A program made the translations under genes and the position numbers. A stretch of DNA of 64,000 nt from Takakia lepidozioides. Lineage: Eukaryota > Plantae > Bryophyta. Location of the stretch: NCBI GenBank assembly GCA_030704615.1, contig CM060731.1:8990001-9054000 (forward strand), written 5' to 3'. Shown piece by piece: positions 48,364-59,538 of this stretch; the first letter of the stretch is position 1, and every line of letters begins with the position of its first letter. The notes under the pieces were generated by a model, which saw nothing but the letters and a program-made list of their open reading frames with translations, did not search any database and was not told the DNA's origin.

Positions 48364-49811
48364 GTATCTGGAAGGACGCTCAAAAGCACCATTTGTCAGT
48401 GGTGAGATTGTTCTGTCCAAGAAGCACATTTGGATCCATGGTTTCCCCCATGAACTTGTACTAGGGTTGGGGTAGTGCAGATCCATTGCTGCCGGCCAAC
48501 TTGCACGAAGGGCCTGCAACAGCTCCCGATCGCAATGTTGAGGCAGGAGGTAGCTGTGCACGCCGTAGATGAGATTGCAGCAAGTAGTATGTCGCTCCTT
48601 AGTGCTGCAAGCATTGTTAGTTTGCCATGTGAAAGGAAATGAAGTCTTCTACATGCTCTCACTCTCTCTTCCGTCCTCATGGTAGGCGAGTACTAACTAT
48701 TTGGTTTTCTTCAATTCGAAAAACCAGCATCTGTGCATCAAGACCAGTTGATCCAGTAGACCTCTGCTCCAACTCAACAGTGTCATTCAGGCACATCAAA
48801 CATCAATCTATATTCGCCTTAGGCTTCCGGATCATGCCATACTTTCACACGACAAGTACTCGAAACTATCAAACAGATGTGGTTATGACGGGCAGATTTT
48901 CAGAGGTAAAATTACACCTGCAGTCCAAACCTTGTCGCCACTCGATCAGTCGCTAGGCTTGCTGTGATCCGTAACTCGCTGTAGCTTTACGGGCCGTTAT
49001 GATACAAAAGCCGCAACTGCTTTATTGCAAAAGTCACTGTGAGATTAAACATGTGCTGCCGCGAACTGGGATGGTAGGCGACATGTGATGTGATGCGTTA
49101 GCTCGATTGAGGAGACAAGGAAAAGGGCTACGTATAAAAGTTTGAAGGCAAACTGCCTGCAGGTGTACTTACGCCTCCCAAGCCCATGATGAGATCTGAT
49201 GCTTCTAAATCCCTAGTCTATGAGAGCATGATAAGATCTGATGCTTCTGAATCCATACAAAGGTTTTATGAGTTTATGAGCATGAGATCTCATGCTTGAA
49301 TCCATTCGAAAATTTTAGGGACTGCACGATCCATGCATGGAAAGGCTACGAAGAATTGTTTATTTGAAGCTCCGCTTGTCAGGGACTATGCTGTGATCCC
49401 AAGCATATGGATCTGTCTATCAGCTTTACTCAATTGAACATGGATTTTGGTACTGTGGATCCGAGTCCGAGGCATCACATATCACTAAGGGAGAAGGAGG
49501 GCAATAAATTAGAATTCTAGATGCATCTATAGAGCAGCTTTTCTTACCTGACTGTGACATCATATGTTGTAATGAATTGTGACAGCCTGTTGCTCACAGT
49601 GGTTCAATTGAGACTATTTTTCACGCAAGCAAAGAAGTTATTACAACCCTGGAGTTTCGTCAGACACAAGCACGGACCAGGTGGTGAGGAGTGAGGGTGC
49701 CTCCAAATTTTGATCAGCCTCTAGTGATTCTTCAGTGAGATTACCATGACTTTGTAACGTTGGTTTTTGCTATCTAGCTGTACATCAGTAAGTATACTAC
49801 AAGCTGCTACC

Positions 49812-50337
49812 AACTAGTAGCAGCAAAGTAGCACAGGAGACCACTCGGCCCCAAAGCTCACAAGGATGGATGTCATGGTTGTGTTCCCATGGAACCCGGA
49901 CGTCAAACCTACCATCCACATCGTCCAAGAGTCGGCATCAGAAGGACCCGAGCCCAAGTTATGGAACTAGCATGGCCTATGTTCCCCTGGAATCAGGCAT
50001 CCCCCGAACTGACAATCCTGTGTCCAACATCCTCTTATTCGGACGACATGGACGACGTGGGGTGGGGCGTCAAAGCCTGCCATTTATGCAGGTCTTCGGG
50101 CCCTTGCCCCTTTTGTGAAGACGGGCCAACGCTAAGCGGCTTCCGCGGTGATGCGCAATTGGGCTTTGCTTTTGCAATGTTTGCTTGCATTAGGGGCGTT
50201 CCTACAAACGATTTGCCAAAAATGCCAAATCGTTGTCAGGGTTTGACGTCCGGTTTCCATGTCAACAGAACCATGACATCCATCCTTCAGAGCTCTGGGG
50301 ACGAGTGGTTTCCCGTGTTACTTTGCTTCTACTAGTT
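49812..50337. mobile_element. MITE / fold-back element with ~100-bp imperfect TIRs
   Basis: aactagtagcagcaaagtagcac..aaggatggatgtcatggtt..ccggacgtcaaacc (49812-49909) is inverted at 50240-50337; TSD unclear. Confidence 0.85.
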
Positions 50338-50988
50338 AGCTCTGTTTGCACTCTACTATTTATTGATGTTGAGCTAGATAGCAAAAACTAGCGTTATAAA
50401 ATTTAACAAATTTATAGAGTATAGAGTCGTGGTAATCTCTTTGAAGAGTCCGTAGAGGTTGATCAAAAATTGGAGGCGCCCTCCCTCCTTATCACCTGGT
50501 CTGCGGGTGTGTCTTGACAAAACTCCAAGGCTGTAATTAACTTCTTCGGATCTCATCATGATCATGGACTTGGGAGGCGTAGACCTGCAGGGGAGTGTGC
50601 CTTTGGCAGTGTATGGCACTCCATCTGTTGCACTCCATCTGTTGCAAGTTCCACACCGACATTTTGCAGCTTCGGTACCTTATCAAGGACCTGACAATAC
50701 AATCTGCTACAGCCTTAATGTTCACCACAAAAAAAGAGCGGCCTAATCCTTCAGATCTGACAATAATCTAGAGGGGACATCAAATATGGCACTCTGGAAA
50801 TCACCTGTCACCACCAGTGTCGAGAACAGGGAACACCGTCATCTTGATCAAACTCGATTGCATGAGGAGAGCCAAAAATCAGTGTATAAGTATACTCTTA
50901 GATAGTATAGAGATTGATTGTGCAAAGAGATCACAGTTATCATGTTTGTGTAAAGCACCAAGGTCGATGTATTTGTCAAGTGTTCTAA

Positions 50989-51710
50989 GGCCCTGCCCCA
51001 CCTGCAGGTAGGCACCCAATAGTGAGTGTCACTTAAGCTAACCATTGGGTTTAGGTGCCCCACATACAGTTATACTAACTAGCATTCCTAATAGTTAGTG
51101 CACCTCACTAACTGAGAGTTAATGGCTATGAAGTAGGTTCTTTAAGTTAACAGGTGCACACGTCCTTGCCAGGGTGGCTTACCATCTCACAGTCCGTGAG
51201 AGAGAGTGATTCAAAGGATCGTGTAGTATCGCGAGAGTGTACTGTCGCGGAGGAGCGTGGAGTGGAGATTGGCTGGATCAAGCTCCATCTAGGTGCAAGA
51301 AGGAGCAGAATGCGCCCTAATCAAAGACCGTGCAGATTTCTTCTCAAATCTGCATGTGAACCAATGAATGCTCAAGGCGATGCAGACAAGGCCGAGGTAG
51401 AAAGCTGCAACATAACATAGGGTTAAAGGGGCCTGCTGGTTGTCTCGCTGTATTGTTGGAAGTCTGCCTCTATACCGTTTGTGGCATCTGCTCAACACAA
51501 GGCTTGCGTGGAAATATTGCTCTACGTGGCTGAGAATCGCCATACAAACAAGGCACTAACTGAAATCCTGGTGGGGCACCAACACACTTAAGTTCTTCAG
51601 TTAGTGATTCTCTTATTAGTGTTAACTGTGAGTGGGGCACCAAATTCAGTTAAGACTAAATGGGCACCTAATAGTGAGATGGGTGCCTAACTGCAGGTGG
51701 GGCAGGGCCC
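50989..51710. mobile_element. PIF/Harbinger (Tourist-like) MITE
   Basis: TIR GG(G)CCCTGCCCCACCTGCAG(G/T)TAGGCACCCA at both ends, flanked by TAA (50986-50988, 51711-51713); imperfect IR extends ~130 bp. Confidence 0.88.
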
Positions 51711-53597
51711 TAACACCTTGGGGTTTGCGACTCGAGTGTGATGCAAGAATAAGACTCCGCGGTGTTTCATAGATGAGACTGACAGCAAATGCAGCCGCAT
51801 CACCTCTTTGATCACCAATTCCAATTTCACCAATTCGGATACGACAGTATGACACATAACGTCAATACATACAGATCCTTGCAGGCTCTACATGGATGCA
51901 AGCTGGACAAGGTCGAATAAGATCTTTTCCGTCATCATGTCGAAATGTCAACATCTAAACCTGCAACCACCGCTCGACACACTCTATTCACTTAGACAGC
52001 GAGGCATGACAGAAGAAAGGAGCTCTGCATACTCGGCACATTTTTTAAGAGTTTGGTTGACTGGTTTGCCAGCTCTCACATTACAAATCCATACTGTCAC
52101 CGACATCATCCACACACTGTCTCTTCGGGCGTCCAAGCAGGGTCGGATTCCAAGACGGGGCGTTGTGGTCTCTTCCTATAGTGCTCGCACTCATCAGTAG
52201 TTAGGCACAGTTTTTTGGTCAAGCATGTAGGCCTGATGAGCTACTGTGATCAACTACAAGGGACACCTTGGGTGGGATGGGGCCCGAAAGAATACAAAAC
52301 ACTGGAAGATGTGTCTTGCTGAACAACATCAGAAAGAACGCATTTGGTTTCACCTAAAAAATCCTGAGCTTCAAACGTCCATGAAGGTAGGGCATTGCAG
52401 CTTCCGACTAGACCCTCATCAGGAAACTGCGAAAAGAAACAGGGAAGTTTAGGCTTGCTAGAAAATTAATTGGCTGGTCACATCATGGGGCCCCTGCGTA
52501 TATCCAGAAGTTATGGTTACTTGCCAACTTCATGAACAGTCGGGGTCACCATAAAGTTCAAGAAACCAACAGAAAGAGTACACAAAAACAAAGTTCTACA
52601 CTTTGAGTGGAAAATACAATTGATACTGCAGAGTCATATAGTTTCTTCATCTTCAAGGAGGTGGAGGACCACTGGGATGAATTCTGACAGATAAATTGTC
52701 ATGGTACTTTGTGGTGCAATGTTTTCACAAGATTGGTGGCGTAATTTCCTTCAGGAGCACTCAATGCAGATCAAAGTCAAAAGCCTGCTCCAGCTGCATA
52801 TTCCTCACATTTCTAGCCTTATACTAACAACCCGTGATGTTATGCACAGATTATCACTCAGATGTAAGATCTGAGACAAAATAGGAGACATGCTCAAGGA
52901 AATGTAAGTAACTGAGACTGAGTTCAAGTATATACTGGCATGTAGAATTGTATAGAGATACGCAGTACCACAAATGGGTACCCATCAGCCAAAGAATAAA
53001 ACTCATACATGAGCATTTGTACAAATTGAATTTCTCTACCTGCCGTCTCTATCAATGGTATAAGTCACTTCTTCATGTGACCATGCCTCAACTCACCCTA
53101 GCACCTCTCCATGAATGTTCCTGGTTGTCAGAAGGACAAAACATTTGACAGTGCTCCTTGAAACCAATACATGGGAGTGGACAGTATGGTGAAAGAAAAG
53201 GAACCATACAAACATAAAATGCAATTCTCTGCTCGGCCAGCACCATATCCACCTGCCAAGACGGAAAAACCATCCATTAAGCTTGCCTGACTGTGGCATT
53301 CTAGATGTTGAAGTGAACTCCGTTTTGGCTCGTAATAGACTGAACATACCAGGCGAAAATTTCGCACTCTGAATGGCAGTGGATTTGAACTGAATACTCG
53401 AAGACAATCTTGAAGTCACTAGTAGCACCTACAATCCAACTTCCAACTCCAGTGCAATGAACATGATCAGGACCATAAAAAGTGAACCAGGCCCACCGCA
53501 CACTGAGCATAACAATGGTCTAAAGCAACAGTGGGGCTCGGGAACCCAGCAAAGGAACCACTCTGTGCAAAGCTTTTGGTGATGGCTGTTGAGAGAA

Positions 53598-54389
53598 TCA
53601 AGAAAAGCCTGAGGTGGACATGAACTCAAGCTCTGGAAAGCTGAAAGTATTGTCCATTGCCAAAGCCGCAGTGGGCGAGAAGTTATTGCTTCCGCCGTAC
53701 ACACTTCCAAGGCCAAATCCTGAGGCTATCCCAAGGCCTGTGGGACTCGGTAGACCAAATGGAATGGAAAACTTTGGAGAAAAGGGAGTGTAGAAGCGTG
53801 GTGATGGTGAGATTTGCAATGGTGGCGGCACTGCCCCGGTTTCCTGTCTACTACCACGTACTTCGGGCACCGACATTGTCCGTGCCAGCTGCCGCATGGC
53901 TGCGTTGCCTGGAGATTCCATAGGGTTCAAGGAATTCACCCATACTTGATCACTTGGAGACAAAGCTGGGAGCGGAGAGAACGAAAGAGGAAAAATTCTT
54001 TGCGAAGCAAGAGGAGAAAGGCTTCCAAAAGGCAACGAATTGAAATTCTGTAGACCCGTAGGCGAAGACAGGGGAGGGACGACTCCGGATTGTGACTGGA
54101 CAAGTGTGGGGTACGAGAAAGTCGGGCGCAGTGGAGGAGGGGCAATCTTCTGCAACCGTGAGCTAGCAGGTTTCGGTGCCGCTGTAGAAGGCTCCATAGG
54201 TGGTGATGTACCTGTCAACTGCTGTACGAGGGAGCGGAAGTCGCCAGGATCAGTTTTGTAGACCTGCGGTGCTGGTCGAGGTTGCGCCACTGGCCGGCGC
54301 ATCCCCTTCCCTATCTTGCTTGAAGACTTGTTCACTGCCAAAGGCCCACTCCTCCCTTTCCCCCCATCTGATGCCTCTGTCAAATCCAT
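53598..54389 (-). CDS. VQ-motif protein, 263 aa, intronless
   Basis: PQVYKTDPGDFRSLVQQLTG (FxxxVQxLTG), SSRLQKIAPPPL, many SP sites; ATG at 54389. Confidence 0.93.
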   Translation of the reverse strand: MDLTEASDGGKGRSGPLAVNKSSSKIGKGMRRPVAQPRPAPQVYKTDPGDFRSLVQQLTGTSPPMEPSTAAPKPASSRLQKIAPPPLRPTFSYPTLVQSQSGVVPPLSSPTGLQNFNSLPFGSLSPLASQRIFPLSFSPLPALSPSDQVWVNSLNPMESPGNAAMRQLARTMSVPEVRGSRQETGAVPPPLQISPSPRFYTPFSPKFSIPFGLPSPTGLGIASGFGLGSVYGGSNNFSPTAALAMDNTFSFPELEFMSTSGFS

Positions 54390-56820
54390 GTGCCACAACC
54401 CCGTCTGCCTGTCTCTATATGTCTGCTCTTACCACGCCCTCAGAAATACCCAAACCGAACTCTTCTTTGCACCAAGGGTGGTTGCGTTTTCCTGCTTCTT
54501 TATCCTTTCCCTGCCTATGTCTTCATAAGTGTGCCGTAGTGGACAGGTTCAGGTGTGTTCCTGCTCCTTCTTCCTTTGCCTTCCTTCGTCTGCTGTGGTG
54601 GACAGGTTCAGGTATAGCTCTTACACACTTTGAATCACGGACGGAAACAAGCTCGCACCATCACAATGTAGACCCTCACTACAGCAGGCCAAAGCTCCTC
54701 CTATTGCTGTGGAAGGCGGCCCCAAGGCTGTCCTTCCCAAACAGATTACAGCTTCCTTCCATAACCCCACTCCTGCGCGCTGCAGTTTGACGCCAACCAA
54801 TACACGACCCAACGCAAGTCTCACGTCTCCCTCTCTCTCTCGATGTGTCTGACTCTCTCCCTCGCACTGTGACAACGTGCGGCAAGATGAAACAGAGCAG
54901 CAATAGCGGAGTCTGGTACTGTGCTGTCCCCCGCAAACAGGAAAGGGTTTGGACGGCTGCAGCGGGCTGGGCGGGCAGCACGCCGCCCCCTCTGCCCTCT
55001 GTCCGGATCCCAAATATGCGGCTTCCACGCGTTGGAAAACAGATTGTTTTGGCGTTGGGCAACCGATAGATCCTTCCAGATCTGCCCGAAATGCCCGGAC
55101 GGCGCTGCCCGCTGGACGGGTCAAACACTGTGAACGGGAGAGCCTTGACTGGAAGCAACGCCCCGCGCTACGAGGCACGCCGCGAGCGAGCCACGCCCGC
55201 ACCAAATCTCCGCTTGTTTGTGGGCCCTGTCTCTGACGGCACAATGATCGCTCACCCACTACCCTCAGTTTCTGAATGATGCAGGTGTGCTGCCGAATCT
55301 CCTCTCATCAAGCTTGAGGTTGGGATTCGGCGAGGCTTTTCAGAAACTTCTCCTGTGATGCAAGGCTCTTGTGCTTTGTTTGGCTATGGATCGCCTGAAT
55401 CCAACAAAAACAAGAGTAACCAAGCTGGTGAGGTACCCACACAAGACTAGGGAAGACTGTCGAGTAGGCAAACATTGCAGAATGTGGGTGGGGGTGTTGC
55501 TTTCTTTCCATGGAAGTGTTTTTTCTCCTTTGGTTCTCCTGTGTAACTCGTCTTGCATAATCCAGGGCCTGTTGTGAGATAACTACAGAGGACAATTTGC
55601 AGTGGGAGGCCGTTGATTTTTTTCTATGCCATATGGGAAAAGCTTATCCTTCCAGGAAAACTTGAAGAAGCACTGGGCCTGCAGAAGCACTGGGCCTGCA
55701 CTTTGAGCTGACTTTCAGCAGCAGGTTGTGAAGACCTTCAATCAAAGTGGCATACTGAAGTGATGTCAAAGGAAGAAACAGTTTGCAACCCAGAGAAGGA
55801 ACCAGATAGATCAAAATGAAGGAAAATAGTGGAGGACACCAGGTAGTAGTTCCTGGGGTCTTCTGCCAGCAACTGCACCTCTACTACTGAAGCTGGGAGC
55901 GTGAGGAGCTTGATTTATAAGCAACACAATGGAACCCAAAGGCTTGTCAAGGGCATGGGGATATTATAACACGAAAGGGAAATGTGTCAAGCAATATCCA
56001 GACCAACATTGGTCACGAATTGCGAAAGCTCCTATTTTGTCAAGAGATGCAGCGCTTTTTTGGCTTTCTATGAACAAAGATACAATACACGGGCAGATTC
56101 CAGGTCTGCAATCATAACTTATCCACTGAGTGGGAACAGCGTAGTCCCTTCCCTAGAGACGGGCCATATGAAGTCCTACTTGACCATTAGTTGCTGGGGG
56201 ATGCCTTAAAACTTCTAAGCTATACTCCATAACAGATCAAGTCCATCCTGAATTTCTTCCTCAAGAAAAGCTATATCACATAGCACAATTTCCCAGCCAA
56301 AAGCTACTAATGTTTTCCTTTTCATTGACTTTTTGTGTGATATACAAGCCAGTTTAGGCCATCAAATTATGTACATAAGAACATCTGGAGGGTGCCTCCT
56401 TGCATCCTTCGTGATGAAGAGACACATCTCTGACCAAATAGAATACACCCAACTCTGGATGCAGAAATTGCTTAAGCATCAATTGAACTTGAGTGATTCC
56501 CCTAACTAACAGTATGATGGGCGCAGTGGCAGGTTAACACACAGGACATGCTCACAAACCCCCGCATTATTTGAACCCTCTTGAGGAAAGGGGAAGGCCG
56601 TGTCTAGGACGACCTTTGTGCAAAGACTTGGCTCTACGAACAGGTTTGCACTGCATCAGACAGTAGATATTTGGGCTGGATTAATCTGGCAGCTCATGGA
56701 GACTAAGCACAATGAAGAAACACAGCTGCACAGGCAACCCTAAGTAGCAATAAGACAATAGAAGAAAATATGAGTTGCAAGACTGGACAACACAAGCTGT
56801 CTCTCTCTTTTTCTGATTGA

Positions 56821-58125
56821 CTAAAGAGGTGGAGCTCCACCAGAAGGCACCTCATACACAGAGAGAAATGACTTAGGAGATATCTTGTCCAAAGCAAGCC
56901 GAGTTGTGGCAGCCTGCTGCACTGCGACCCCTTCCCTCTCCACAAGAACTGCATGCTCAATTTCATCGTAATGCCCTCCCCCTTGCGATACAAAGGCTAC
57001 AATGGCTGCCTGCAGAGGAGGAAGGCCTGGATTATAGGCTGCTGACTCCATATATGAGCCATTATAAATCCCACCCGTGCTGGTCAACAATGACAAGCCT
57101 GAGGGGCAGCCGCTGTATGGAGCATACGAAGAATTTGCAGCTTGGAGAGCTGTGATTTGAAGTTGAGAAAGTAGGTGAGTAGAGAACGTTTCACCTTCAC
57201 ATAAGGTGTTGACATGAGGAGGACGTGATCTCGAATATAATCTTGCAGAATTTTGCTCTGCCCTTGACAATTTGGAAGTAGCGCCTTCCCCATTTGCAGG
57301 ACGGAGGGAAGATGAAGCCGAAGTTTCCTGGTTTGTATCCTTCTGCCAGGATAAATGACCTTCGGGGATTTCTGGTGATCCACAGTCCAAAGAGGGTCTG
57401 CTTCTAAAGGAATTTTCAATCAAGTAATCCCCATTGACCCCCTCACTTGTAAAACAGTCCGAAGGGATCTCTCCATTTAGGATCCTGCCCGGGATGGTAA
57501 CAGCGGAGGTGATAGAGAGACTTTGAAATCCATGAGAACCGTCGTCCGAAATTCCAGACGAAGCAACCAAATGGTCGCTAGAACATCGAAAGCTTGAAAT
57601 GTCAGGACAAGAGAAAGTACCCAAAGCCAAACCGTTTTCCCGGGGTTCGAGGAGGAGAGGAAAAGCCCTATCCAAGAGATCTTCTGGCCCAAATCTGTGC
57701 GGGAGGAAGTGCGAGAGAGATTGTGCCTCTTTCTGCTTTGCATCCGCAATTAGCACTGTAATCTCCCCTGCTCCACGCAACTCTTGCAGGAATTGCCTGC
57801 AATGCCCACACGGTGCTGCCGACACGGCAATGAATACCAATCGCTTCTCCCCGTTTTGCGCAGCATTGGCAACCATAAACTGCTCAGCGTGTACTGAATG
57901 ATTCAGCGGGAGACCCTTGAACTCCAAATTCACCCCGCGAAAGATGCGACCACTTGCTCCCAGCCCCACAGCTCCCACATGAAATTTGGATATGGGTGGC
58001 CTAGCCAATGCCGCAGTGGACGGCACAAGGCTGGCAATGTACTCTTCCAGGGACAGCCCCGATGCTTTATGCAGACGTTCCACTTCATCTGCCTCCATTA
58101 CGAAGGCTGCATTTCCTTCCTTCAT
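56821..58125 (-). CDS. CDA: Cytidine deaminase (two-domain homodimeric type), ~434 aa with a long linker insert
   Basis: ARPPISKFHVGAVG, GVNLEF, SVHAEQF, APCGHCRQFLQE, SYAPYS, ESAAYNPGLPPLQAA; ATG at 58125 follows a likely 5'UTR intron acceptor. Confidence 0.93.
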   Translation of the reverse strand: MKEGNAAFVMEADEVERLHKASGLSLEEYIASLVPSTAALARPPISKFHVGAVGLGASGRIFRGVNLEFKGLPLNHSVHAEQFMVANAAQNGEKRLVFIAVSAAPCGHCRQFLQELRGAGEITVLIADAKQKEAQSLSHFLPHRFGPEDLLDRAFPLLLEPRENGLALGTFSCPDISSFRCSSDHLVASSGISDDGSHGFQSLSITSAVTIPGRILNGEIPSDCFTSEGVNGDYLIENSFRSRPSLDCGSPEIPEGHLSWQKDTNQETSASSSLRPANGEGATSKLSRAEQNSARLYSRSRPPHVNTLCEGETFSTHLLSQLQITALQAANSSYAPYSGCPSGLSLLTSTGGIYNGSYMESAAYNPGLPPLQAAIVAFVSQGGGHYDEIEHAVLVEREGVAVQQAATTRLALDKISPKSFLSVYEVPSGGAPPL

Positions 58126-59042
58126 TGCATCAACCTGCTGAAGCAAAAATGAAGAGCGAAGATCAACCCACAGACTTAAGTTTGCTAATACATGTAGCCC
58201 ATCTTCGGAAAGATCAGATGCAGAGACACAGACTGCACCGTGGAAACTAGAAACCTTCCAGGTGCGTGTGAATGAAAGAGAAGGAGAAGGAGAGAATGAT
58301 GAGTTAACTTCAGTGCTCCATCCTCTCTGTCTATGACTTTCATTCACTCTCCCGAGGGCTCTTTCCATGTGGGCTTGGACGACATGGGACTCGGTCTCCT
58401 TGGGTCTTTCCCTGTGAACCCCTCCGAGAGAATCGCGCAGGTTTGATCGGTCTCGGTTTGTCTCCACGTTAATCCCGTCACACTATAGCGGCCATGGGCC
58501 TGAAATCTGGAATCGTGTTGCTAATTTGTTGGTTTCCTGAGAAGATTCTCTACTGTTTAGAAACAATTCTCTCAGTACAACCACGATGTGACTACCTCTC
58601 ATCACATAGTTCTACATTTTCTTTCAGGAGTGTTGTTTGCAGATCGAATCATGTGTAGCAATGGCTCGCCCATCAATTCTTGGAATGGACTTGCTGCCTG
58701 TGCAGACAGCTGTTGTTGGCCTTCACACAACTATGCCCTGGCATCTTTTCAGTCATGATTTTTCTCACCTCTGCAATACCATCCCACCTGCTGCAGCATG
58801 TAGCTGTGCCGGAGCCAGTAAGTCGCGAATCACAACCATCCTGTGTTAACACTGCCTCCTCCTCTACAGTGCAATGCTGCAGGCACAGTCTGCAATAACA
58901 ATAGCCTTTCTTGCATGCCCCCTTTTCCTGTCAGGTCCAATTTTGACAAACCACATTCTATATGCCTCACTTGTTCTTATTCATTGACACTCAATTTGAA
59001 GATGCAAAATGACCTTTACAACATACATAATGGTTTTTGACA

Positions 59043-59330
59043 TTGGTGCAGCTATTTGACCTCGCCGATGATAGAAGGAAGTTGAGCTGAGAGCAAGGCT
59101 CATATACCACTTGAGTGGATGGGATCTGTATGGGAACTTTTCCTCTGGCTCCAATGACCCAGAAAGTTGCATTCTGCAGGAGGGTTTGTGGGCATTTGTC
59201 CACAAAGTCATTGGGAGGCTTAACCCCCCACCAGATGAAGGTTGTGTCCCAGCACATTGCACAGTGTTGTTTCCGGACGCCACTGAGGACATTGACTACC
59301 CAAGATCCTAGATCAACTGGCATGAACTGA
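59043..59330 (+). repeat. Dispersed decayed repeat, copy B (homologous to 42410-42810)
   Basis: Same shared blocks as copy A. Confidence 0.8.
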
Positions 59331-59538
59331 TTTCGGTCCCCATACGGCTCTAAATAAAGTAACCCGAGGGCCTACCAAGAATCGTTTACTGTGTAAAAAC
59401 ATTTAGCCCTGTTGAAGCACTGCGATCCAGAGCAGCGCTATTGTGTCCATATGCTTTATGAAAATTTTGCAGTTATATAACACATTGACTTGGTACACAT
59501 TACAACGGCTTCTTTCAACCACAACGGAGAGTAATACT

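Noticed and set aside
49184-49305. Three short gagatctgatgctt..aatcc repeats; also small duplications at 54539/54598 and 55667-55700
   Set aside because: Ordinary local slippage duplications with no further structure
49889-50335. 148-aa ORF with CxxC pairs
   Set aside because: Lies wholly within the fold-back element, including its TIR
58126-58467. N-terminal extension of CDA in the ORF track
   Set aside because: GTG start, and a pyrimidine-rich acceptor just before ATG 58125 suggests 5'UTR/intron
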